Source: Spirochaetia bacterium (lineage in GTDB: Bacteria; Spirochaetota; Spirochaetia; SZUA-6; Bin103). From it: 64,000 nt of DNA. The DNA lies in NCBI GenBank assembly GCA_965198005.1, contig CBDAOI010000004.1, positions 1,888,001-1,952,000 on the forward strand, in the 5' to 3' direction. Made by a program: the position numbers and the translations under genes. Under the pieces are notes generated by a model. The model was not told where the DNA came from. It made no database searches and worked only from the letters and a program-made list of their open reading frames with translations. Within the stretch, counting starts at the first letter, position 1, and every line of letters begins with the position of its first letter. This document shows, piece by piece, positions 7,963 to 16,658 of this stretch.

Positions 7963-10392
7963 ATGCTGACCCGGCGGCGGGACGCGGCCGGTGGCGGCGG
8001 GCGGCTGTTCGAGCGGCTCAACCGGTGGGCGGCGCAGCGCGCGCTGCCGGTCGCCGTCGGGCTGGGCTTGGTGAGCGCGCTGGCGGCGGTCCAGCTCCCG
8101 TACCTGCGCGTGGAGGCGGATATCGCCGGGTTGCTGCCGCCCGACGCCGAGACCCGGCGCCTGATCGACAAGTACACCGCCGGCGTCCCCGCCACCGAGC
8201 CGTTCGTGGTCGGACTGACCGGCCCCGATCTGCTGTCGCTGGCGCAGTTGGCGCGCGTCGCCGAAATCGACCGCCGGCTGCGCGCGCTGCCGGAAGTGAC
8301 GGCCGGCCTGACGCCGTTCAACCTGCTCACCTTTCGCCGCGACCGGGGCCGCCTGCTGCTCGCACCGCTGGCTCTGGGCGCCACCGCCCCGCGCACCGAG
8401 GCCGAGCTGGCGGACTTCACGGCCGCGCTGGCGGCCGCGCCGCCCGGCAGCTCGGTCCTGTTCAATCCCGATCCCGACGAGCCGTCGCTGAGTCTGGTCT
8501 ACCTGGTCGAGAACGGGACCGACTACGGCTCCTTCCTGGGGCGCGTCCGCCCGATTCTGAGCGCCTACGACGGCGAGCTGAACGTCGCCCTGGGCGGCTG
8601 GCTGCCGGTCTACGAGGCGGCCCACCGCCTGATTGCGCGCGACCTGCCGCTGCTGGCGGGGCTGGCTGCGGTGATCACCCTGCTGGTGCTGCTGGCGAGC
8701 TTTACCGCACTGCGGGCCGTGTTGCTGCCGCTGACCGCGATTGCGCTGGCCCTGCTGTGGACCTTCGGGCTGATGGCCGCCGCCGGGGTGCCGCTCAGCA
8801 TCGCCAGCCTGATGCTGCCGCCGCTGATCTTCGCGCTCGGCGGCTCCTACAGCGCGCATCTGCTGATCCGGTATTTCAGCCACGGGCCACGCCCGGTGGA
8901 AGCGCCGTCCGGCGCGCCGGTCACCCAGGCCACGCCGGCCACGCCGGTTAGGCCGGTCACGCCGGTAACTCGCGCCGTCGGGCCGGCCGAGCTGGCGCGG
9001 GTGCTCGGGGGAGTGAGCCAGACCATTGCCCTGGCGGCGCTGACCACCGCGGCCGGCTTCGCCAGCCTGCTGCTCAGCGGTATGCCCCGCCTGCGCGAGT
9101 TCGGGCTGTTCGCCGCGCTGGCGATCCTGATCTGCGCGCTGATCACGCTGCTGCTGTACCCGGCCGTACTCGGCCGGCTGCCGCCGCCGACCGGCCGCCA
9201 GCAGCGGCGGATCGCCGCCGGATGGCTGGCCGCGCTGGTGGCCCGGCTCACGCACGCCGTGCCGCGCCGGCGCCGGTGGGTCTACGGACCGCTGCTGGTG
9301 CTCGCCGCGCTGTTCGCCTGGTCGCTGACCGGCGTCCGCTACCAGACCGACATCGCCGGCTACTTCCGCACGCCGGTGGCGGCAATCGAGGACAACCGCA
9401 CCCTGATGGGCCGCTTCGGCAGCTTCATCGACGTCAACGTCAGCGTCACCGGCCGGCTGGACGAGTCACTGCTGGTGCAACTCGCGCAGTTCGAGGAGGC
9501 GGTGCGGTCACATCCCTCCGTGAGCCACGTGTCGTCCGTCACTGCCTACCTGCGCGCGCTCAACCATGCGGTCGCCGGCGCCCGCGAACATCCGCGCAAC
9601 CCGGTGGTGGTCCAGCTCTTCCGGCGGCTGCTGCGGGTCGCCGCTGCGGCGGGCGGACCGCTCGACAGCATGGTCGACCTCGACCGCCGCTACGTGACCA
9701 CCCGCGTCTGGGTGCACGACGCCGAGCGGCGATGGTTGCCGCTCGAGCCGGAACTGCGCGCGCTGGTCCGGTTTCTGGAGCAGACCGCGGCCGACACCTT
9801 TCCGCCCGAGCGGCAGCCCGAGATCTGGGGCTGGACCCTGGTGACCCTGCGCGTCGCCGAGCTGTTGGCGCACGAGCAGATTGTCGCGGCCCTGGTCTCC
9901 GCGCTGCTGGTGCTGGCGATCGCGACGCTCGCGTTCCGCAGCCTGCGCTACGGTCTGCTGACCCTGTTGCCCCTGGCCACCGCGATCATGCTCACCTTCG
10001 TGCTGATGGTCCTGCTGCGGATCCCGCTGGACGCCCTCACCATGAGCTTCGCCGGGGTCGCGATCGGGGTCGGCGTGGACGACTCCATCCACTTCCTGCT
10101 CCATTATCGCCGCGCCGCCGGCCGCCGCCCGACTCCCGGCCACGCCAGCCGCGCGGTGGCCGCCGCCATGCGGCAGGCCGGCAGCGCCATCGTGCTCACC
10201 ACCATCGCCATCGTGACCGGCCTCACGGCGCTGGCCTTCTCCCACTTCCTGCCCGTGCTCTACCTCGGCGCGCTCATCTCCGTCACCCTGCTCGGCGCCA
10301 CCCTCGCCACCCTGCTGCTGCTCCCGGCCCTGCTCCGCCCGTCCAACCATTCAGATCCTATTCCTCAGCCAGTTCCTCAGCCAACCAAGTGA
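7963..10392 (+). CDS. MMPL/RND family lipid exporter
   Basis: Two repeats of extracytoplasmic loop plus TM bundle; ALTTAAGFASL, GVGVDDSIHFL motifs. Confidence 0.88.
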   Translation: MLTRRRDAAGGGGRLFERLNRWAAQRALPVAVGLGLVSALAAVQLPYLRVEADIAGLLPPDAETRRLIDKYTAGVPATEPFVVGLTGPDLLSLAQLARVAEIDRRLRALPEVTAGLTPFNLLTFRRDRGRLLLAPLALGATAPRTEAELADFTAALAAAPPGSSVLFNPDPDEPSLSLVYLVENGTDYGSFLGRVRPILSAYDGELNVALGGWLPVYEAAHRLIARDLPLLAGLAAVITLLVLLASFTALRAVLLPLTAIALALLWTFGLMAAAGVPLSIASLMLPPLIFALGGSYSAHLLIRYFSHGPRPVEAPSGAPVTQATPATPVRPVTPVTRAVGPAELARVLGGVSQTIALAALTTAAGFASLLLSGMPRLREFGLFAALAILICALITLLLYPAVLGRLPPPTGRQQRRIAAGWLAALVARLTHAVPRRRRWVYGPLLVLAALFAWSLTGVRYQTDIAGYFRTPVAAIEDNRTLMGRFGSFIDVNVSVTGRLDESLLVQLAQFEEAVRSHPSVSHVSSVTAYLRALNHAVAGAREHPRNPVVVQLFRRLLRVAAAAGGPLDSMVDLDRRYVTTRVWVHDAERRWLPLEPELRALVRFLEQTAADTFPPERQPEIWGWTLVTLRVAELLAHEQIVAALVSALLVLAIATLAFRSLRYGLLTLLPLATAIMLTFVLMVLLRIPLDALTMSFAGVAIGVGVDDSIHFLLHYRRAAGRRPTPGHASRAVAAAMRQAGSAIVLTTIAIVTGLTALAFSHFLPVLYLGALISVTLLGATLATLLLLPALLRPSNHSDPIPQPVPQPTK

Positions 10393-10536
10393 CACCGCCA
10401 GAATCACATTGATGATGGCGCCAATTGTGATTACGATGCTGAAGATATCACCGGCTTGGCACGACGATGACAACGGATCACGACTGGCCGTATCCCGGCG
10501 TCGCGGGCAGCCCAGGATGAAAGAGGTAATGTCCCT

Positions 10537-10697
10537 ATGACCGGTACCCAGTACAACCACGCCCGCTTCTGGAAGTGTGCCCTGCAGGTCAATCCTCACG
10601 GCTACAGCAAGCGCTATCGCGGGCAAGACCATGGAATGAGCGCGGAAGCCTATACCGGCGCGCTGTTGGAAAAGTGTCGGCAGAACGATATCGAGGC
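10537..10697 (+). pseudogene. N-terminal fragment of a PHP-domain/ATPase protein (TrlF/Ppl-like)
   Basis: ARFWKCALQVNPHGY...YRGQDHGMS resembles the start of this family from recall; similarity lost after about 53 codons. Confidence 0.5.
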
Positions 10698-11023
10698 AGC
10701 ATGGACACGCTGCACGATCTCTTTCGGCAGGTCGGCAGGCACCGATCCTCGGTTCTCTCATCGACCCGTAATCCCGCTGCGGGCACCCTGCTATCTCGCA
10801 TGACTTCGGAAATGACTTCTGGGATCCGATCGCGAGCTTCGCCCGCGCGATGACTACCCCTGGTTCTGGCGCGACGGCGAGTTCACCGGAGACCGCGTGA
10901 ACGACGTACATCTGGATATCGCCTTGAAGATCGAGCGTCGGCGACGGGCGAGCGGTCGATACTCCACTGCGCATTCCGATTTCAAAGATGCTGACCAAGC
11001 CGACCATTCATAAAGGAGAGAAC

Positions 11024-11068
11024 GTGGAAAAGCAGCGTGTTTCGTCGTCGACGGTGATATCGATAGGG
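11024..11068 (+). pseudogene. KTSC-domain N-terminal fragment
   Basis: AGGAGAG RBS then GTG: (M)EKQRVSSSTVISIG, like the KTSC start MxRxxVxSSxIxSIGY; breaks off immediately. Confidence 0.45.
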
Positions 11069-11164
11069 CGTAGGTCTCAAATTGACCGGTCGAGGCAGCA
11101 CGGCCGTGTGCCAGCTTGACCATGCGCGGGCGCGGGCGCATCCCGCCGGCAGGTGGCGCGGCCG

Positions 11165-11460
11165 TCATGAACCGCCGGCCGGCGGCGGTTCCCAAAGCAC
11201 GTCGAGCGCCGCCGCCAGGTCGAGCGACTCCCCGTACCACTCCGGCGTCGCCGTATGCGGGCCGATCGTGATCCCCGCCTGCCGCAGCCGCGCCTCGGTC
11301 GGCTCCAGCGGCGCCCCTTGCCAGCGAGGCGCCACCGGCACCGCCGGCAGCGGCGCACCATCCGGCCGCCGGAACACAAGCTGCCCATCCGCGCCAGAGA
11401 CCACCTGAAACCCCTCCTCGTGCACCGCCCGGTGGTGGTAGCGACACACGAGAACTAATG
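11165..11460 (-). pseudogene. C-terminal fragment of a DUF222/HNH endonuclease protein
   Basis: LVLVCRYHHRAVHEEGF...FRRPDG...WYGESLDL; 5' part replaced by the IS end. Confidence 0.7.
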
Positions 11461-11484
11461 CGGTGCACCGCATTAGTTCTCTCT

Positions 11485-12325
11485 GGGGTATCCATTTAAC
11501 CGGAGTAGTCCGGCCCGGCTGTTCTCCACGGGCGGTTCGCTGGAGGCCGCACCAAACTCGGCGGGTGCCCGCGCACTCGCGGGGGCGTTGGCGGGACTTT
11601 CCGAGGTCGACGGTTGGCGATGGGGTCCTGGTAGCGCACGGAGTCGTGGGCAACGGCGAGCTAGAGCACACGAAAGAAGACCATTCCCCGGCTCCGGGAG
11701 CGCCGACGGTTGAAGCGGAACACGAACTCGTTGAGGTAGCTGGCCAAGTGCGTCTCTTGCGCTGAGCCCTGATGGGTGCCGAGCAGCCACCGCTTCGCCA
11801 GTGAGCTGACCTGATGCACCGCAGGAAGCAGCTTGCCGGTCTCCTCTCCGCGGGACCGGGCGGCTCGCTGGCTGCGTCGGTCGTGGAAGTAGCCGAGCTT
11901 CTCCAGTCCGCCCGCAGCCGATGCAGCATGGTCCATGCCGTCTGGTAGGAGCCGATCTCCAGCGTCCGCTTCAGGCTCAGCGCCGAATTCCCATCCTTGC
12001 CGGTGGCAAACAGCCAGCAGGCAGTGAACCACACCGTCAACGGCGTTCGTGTCCGGTCGAAAATCGTGCCCGCGGTCACCGAGGTACGGCTTTCGCACCC
12101 GGAGCACATGAGCCTACCGTCACCGATCCGCCACGCCCCATGGTGACCACACGCCGGGCAGCCGAAGCCGGTGGGCCACCGCAGCCACTCCAGGTAGTCC
12201 AGGCAGTCCTCATCGCTCTGGAACCATGCCTGGAACTCGCCCACGGATCTTGGATAGTGCACGCCGGCGCGCGGGTGATCCATCGCCCCAGCTTACACGA
12301 CGGACTCCGGTTAAATGGATACCCC
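11485..12325 (-). mobile_element. IS1595-family element, internally deleted (non-autonomous)
   Basis: Perfect inverted repeats CTGGGGTATCCATTTAACCGGAGT (11483-11506 and 12304-12327); Zn-ribbon N-terminus (LRWPTGFGCPAC, SVTAGTIF) and C-terminus (KRWLLGTHQG, YLNEFVFRFNRR) in different frames; central catalytic segment absent. Confidence 0.9.
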
Positions 12326-13646
12326 AGACTGCAGAAATGGGCATATCGGTCTCGAAGCCGTCGGGGTAACCAGCCTCCGCCAGAAGCTGCTTCGCCTTCT
12401 CCGGGTTATAGGTGAATGTCTCCTGAACCTCCGGTGAAAACTCCGCAATCTGTTTGATGTATCGTTTGGGCCACGGTAACGAGAGTGTGGGGTACGGATA
12501 CTCCTCTGCATTGCCACCATAGTAGTCAACCGCTATCTCTTCGGTATTCACGGCCATCGCTATGGCACGTCTCACCAGGATGTCGTCGAAGGGTTCTCTG
12601 TCAACACGTATGCTGAACCCCCAGGCGTTCCCCCCTGATCCCGCAACCTCGAGATAGTTGAGCTCGGGGTTTGTTTGCTGGAGACCTTCTGCCGTCCTCC
12701 AATCGATATTCTGCTGTTGCCCGCCCGCTAGAGCGATCTTGCCCGTCCGCAATGCCGCCATACGTGTGGATTCATCCGGCAACATCAGATAATTGAGCTC
12801 GTCGGCGTACGGTAACTGCAACTCATGGTCCGGATAACGCGGATCATTCTCCCAGTAGTCGGGATTCCTTGAATACTGCACTCTGGAGCCCGGCACGTAG
12901 TCGACCAGCATCCAGGCGCCGGTGCCGACCGCATTACGCCAATCCTCGAGGTCGCCATATTGCTTGACGACTTCGGGGGGTTGGATAACAAGGCCGCAGC
13001 CGAAGCACATCACGGCGAATGCCAAGAATGGCCGCGGGGTTTCGGTAACGATCTTTACCGTGTATCTGTCAGGTGCGGTTACCTCCGAGCCGGTCAGCCA
13101 TTCGACGTGAACGTCCCCCAGGTGCGGACTCTGTTCGGTATATCCACTGCCCAGGCCATACTGACGATGAAGGGTAAAGACTACGTCATCCGCAGTAAGT
13201 TCTCGACCATTCATCGGCTCTTTGTTCTGCCACTTTATACCCTGCCTGACGTTAATGGTGAGGGTCAAGGGATCGCTCTGCTCCCAGCTTTCAGCTATGA
13301 TCCCGTACCACTGATCCCACGTGAACATTGGACTTTGGAACTGATTATCTTCGATCGGTGTTCTAATGTCGACGGCGCCAAAAGCTTGGTAAATCCCGGC
13401 GGTAAACGGTGTCCCGGTCTGGTGATAGCGCCACTGATCCCAAGAATCGACCGCGGTGAATGCAGTAGCGATATTGAGCACACCGCCGTGTTGCGGCTTC
13501 GGCACGGTTTCACCTTGCCAGTTTACCACCATCTCTTGCTCCGTAGCGGCTTCCCCTTCTTCTTCGCCGCTTGCCCACAGTACGGTTGCGGCGGAAACGA
13601 GGATTACGGCCAGGACACTGGTCCATTTGTAGCGATTCATAGTCAC
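12326..13646 (-). pseudogene. Family 5 ABC substrate-binding protein truncated by the IS
   Basis: Signal peptide, AESWEQ, GRELTADDV, VGTGAW, PFDDILVRRA; reads into the IS repeat after YPDGFETDMPISAV. Confidence 0.85.
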
Positions 13647-13884
13647 TACCTCCTAATTTGCGTTGTTTCGCGTCGATGATTCGATGAGTCGAATCACTGA
13701 GAGGGTTGCGAGCTGGCGTTCGGCCAGCCGCGGTGAGTCGGCGGACAGTGCTCCTCTCCAGCGCGTGCGCGCAAGCCTCCTGTCAAGCGTCTTCGGCGCA
13801 GGGAAGCAGATGGGCGCATTTTTTTGCGGATTTGCTGTCCATTCTCCGGTAGCCACGCGGTTGCGCCTGGATTACGGTTGACGC

Positions 13885-14340
13885 ATGGCACCGGCATTGC
13901 CGCCGCACGACGAGATGCTGGCGGCGTTCAACCGACGGGACAGGCTGCTGGCGCTGGCGCCGGTGGAGACGCCGCTGGGCATGATGCTGCTCGGGGCCGC
14001 GCGCGGCAAGCTGTGTCTGGCCGAGTTCACCGACCGGGGCCGCCTGGAAGCGCAACTGCGGCGCGTGCGGCAGCGCCTGGATGCCACGCCGGTGCCGGGA
14101 CGCGACTATCCCATCGAGTGCGCGGCAGCGCAGCTTGCAGAGTACTTCGCCGGCGCCCGGCACCAATTCGAGCTGCCCCTGTGGCCGGCGGGCACTCCGT
14201 TGCAGCGCCGCGTGTGGGAGTCGCTGCTTGAGATTCCTTACGGCGAAACCCGGACCTACGGCGAGGTCGCGGCGGCGCCCTGACCGGCTACGGCGGCGGC
14301 CTGTGGCGCAAACAGCGCCTCCTGCCCCTGGAACGGGAAC
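13885..14340 (+). pseudogene. ada: Ada/Ogt O6-methylguanine methyltransferase with two internal deletions
   Basis: Ada-like start (EMLAAFNRRD) fused to the MGMT N-domain (ETPLG...IPYGETRTYGEVA); LTGYGGGLWRKQRLL follows in another frame; the PCHR active site is missing. Confidence 0.75.
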
Positions 14341-14459
14341 ACTGCATCGCCTCGCGCCTCATCCCGTAGCGGCTCATCGCATCATCGCATCACCCGGACG
14401 GATTGCCGCAGCGCGTGCGATGCGCTACGATCTGCCCCGGCGACAGGAGGATCACAGAG

Positions 14460-14858
14460 GTGTCTGATTTGGATCGGGTGCTCGACTTCGACAAGCAGGG
14501 CGGCGTGGTACCCGTGATCGCTCAGGACGACGAGACCGGCGAGGTCCTGATGGTGGCCTACATGAACCGGGAGGCATTCACGGAGACCCTGCGCACCGGC
14601 CGCGTGTGCTACTTCTCGCGCGGCCGCAACCGGTTGTGGCGCAAGGGGGAAGAGAGCGGCAACGTGCAGGAAGTGCGCAGCCTGTACGTGGACTGCGACG
14701 CGGATACGCTGCTGGTCAAGGTGCGGCAGATCGGCGGGGCGGCCTGTCACGAGGGGTACCGGAGCTGTTTCTTTCGCCGCCTCGAGGGCGACGCGTTGCA
14801 GGTCGTGGGGCAGCCGGTGTTCGATCCGCGCCAGGTCTACGCGGCAAAGTCGGGCTGA
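14460..14858 (+). CDS. hisI: Phosphoribosyl-AMP cyclohydrolase
   Basis: [38 protein letters not shown] before GTG. Confidence 0.95.
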   Translation: MSDLDRVLDFDKQGGVVPVIAQDDETGEVLMVAYMNREAFTETLRTGRVCYFSRGRNRLWRKGEESGNVQEVRSLYVDCDADTLLVKVRQIGGAACHEGYRSCFFRRLEGDALQVVGQPVFDPRQVYAAKSG

Positions 14859-14863
14859 CGCGC

Positions 14864-15745
14864 ATGCCGCGGCCGCACCGATTGAAGATCGGCATACCCG
14901 CCGGCAGCCTGCAGGAGGCGACCGCCGCCCTGTTCCGCAAGGCCGGCTACCGGATCACGTTCCCGGCGCGCTCCTACTATCCCACGATCGACGACCCGGA
15001 GATCGAGTGCATCCTGATCCGGGCGCAGGAGATCGCCCGCTACGTGCAGGACGGCGTGATGGATGCCGGTCTGACGGGACACGACTGGATCGTCGAGAAC
15101 CGGGCGCAGGTGGTCGAGGTGGCCGAGCTGGTGTTCTCGAAGGTGAGCCGGCGGCCGGTGCGCTGGGTGCTCGCGGTGCCGCAGGACTCCCCGATCCGCG
15201 GTCCGAAGGATCTGCAGGACAAGCACCTGGCGACCGAAGTGGTGAACCTCACGACCGACTATCTCGAGCGGCATGGCGTGCAGGCGCACGTGGAGTTCTC
15301 GTGGGGAGCGACCGAGGTCAAGCCGCCGCGGCTGGCCGACGCGATCGTCGAGGTCACCGAGACCGGCAGCTCGCTGCGCGCCAACAATCTCCGCATCGTC
15401 GATACGATTCTCGAGAGCACCCCGCGGCTGATCGCCAACCAGGCTTCCTGGCGCGACGGCTGGAAGCGCAAGAAGATAGAGAACATCACCCTGATGCTGC
15501 GCGGCGCCATCGCCGCCGAGGGCAAGGTGGGGCTGATGATCAACGTGCCGGTGGCGGAGAAGGACCGGGTGCTGGCGGTGCTGCCGGCGTTGCAGCGGCC
15601 CACCGTGTCCTCGCTGGCCGACGGCGCCTGGGTCGCGGTCAACACGGTGATCGACGAATCGGTGGTGCGCGATCTCATCCCGCGGCTGAAGGACGCCGGC
15701 GCCAGCGGCATCGTCGAGTACCCGCTGAACAAGATCATCGACTGA
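14864..15745 (+). CDS. hisG: ATP phosphoribosyltransferase (long form)
   Basis: [33 protein letters not shown]-terminal regulatory domain. Confidence 0.95.
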   Translation: MPRPHRLKIGIPAGSLQEATAALFRKAGYRITFPARSYYPTIDDPEIECILIRAQEIARYVQDGVMDAGLTGHDWIVENRAQVVEVAELVFSKVSRRPVRWVLAVPQDSPIRGPKDLQDKHLATEVVNLTTDYLERHGVQAHVEFSWGATEVKPPRLADAIVEVTETGSSLRANNLRIVDTILESTPRLIANQASWRDGWKRKKIENITLMLRGAIAAEGKVGLMINVPVAEKDRVLAVLPALQRPTVSSLADGAWVAVNTVIDESVVRDLIPRLKDAGASGIVEYPLNKIID

Positions 15746-15925
15746 GCGGCGGGCGCGGGGGAGGGCCGGCGAGCGCTCGGGTGCCGGGCGTGGTATGATG
15801 CGCGGGAGATTGCCCAATGGCGTCCCTCCGCGACACCCGCGACCTCCGCGACACCCGGCACGATTCGACGGCGGCCGGGGTCCGGCGCCGGCCGGCCGGA
15901 CCTTCGTCCCTGCGCCGGAGCCGCA

Positions 15926-16549
15926 ATGGCCGTTGACGAGCAGCAGCTCCTGCCGCTGTTTCCGCTCAACGTGGTGCTGTTTCCGCAGGCGCCGCTGTCG
16001 CTGCACATCTTCGAGCAGCGCTACCGGGAGATGATGGGCAGCGTGCTGGCCAACGGCGGCGTGTTCGGCGTGATCTGTGCGGCCGGCTCGACCGTCGCCA
16101 GCGTCGGGTGCACGGCGCGCATCGTCAAGGTGCTCAAGCGCTACGACGACGGCCGCATGGACATCCTCACCGTGGGCGACCGCCGCTTCCGGGTGCGCCG
16201 CCTGCTGCGCGACCGGTCCTACCTGCAGGCCTGGGTAAGCTTCTTCTCGGACAGCGCGGTCGGCCGCGTGCAGCAACTCAAGACCCGCTGCCTGCAGCTG
16301 TTTCAGGAACTGTACGGGGCGACGCCGGGCAACATCGCCGCGCCGGAGCTGGAGCAAGCCTCGCCCGAGGTGCTGTCCTACTTCCTGGCGTACTTCAGCG
16401 ATCTGCCCCTGGTCACCAAGCAGAAGCTGCTGGAGCTGAGCCGCGCCGACGAGCGCCTGCGGCAGGAGCGCACCGCCCTGGAGCAACTGCGCAAGGAACG
16501 GCTCCGCCACAGCGTAGTCCGGAGCAACGGCCACCTCCCACCCCGTTAG
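15926..16549 (+). CDS. LON peptidase substrate-binding domain protein
   Basis: LPLFPLNVVLFP...LHIFEQRYREM, KQKLLE. Confidence 0.88.
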   Translation: MAVDEQQLLPLFPLNVVLFPQAPLSLHIFEQRYREMMGSVLANGGVFGVICAAGSTVASVGCTARIVKVLKRYDDGRMDILTVGDRRFRVRRLLRDRSYLQAWVSFFSDSAVGRVQQLKTRCLQLFQELYGATPGNIAAPELEQASPEVLSYFLAYFSDLPLVTKQKLLELSRADERLRQERTALEQLRKERLRHSVVRSNGHLPPR

Positions 16550-16658
16550 ACGCCGTTAGGCGACCGTACAAGGCTCTGGTCCCAACGCGCCCAACCCGCG
16601 TGGACCGATTGCGGCGCGCGCGGCGGTGCGGTAGGATGGTGGCTCGGGGGGGAGGGGA

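Noticed and set aside
11165-12283. 372-aa ORF as a novel transposase-HNH fusion
   Set aside because: The frame crosses the IS terminal repeat, and the middle is out-of-frame transposase sequence; a chance fusion after deletion
13695-13763. Canonical glycine riboswitch
   Set aside because: GGAGAG, CGCCGA and CTCTCAG are present, but the conserved GAAGG-GCAA core and a tandem aptamer are missing; kept only as a candidate novel leader
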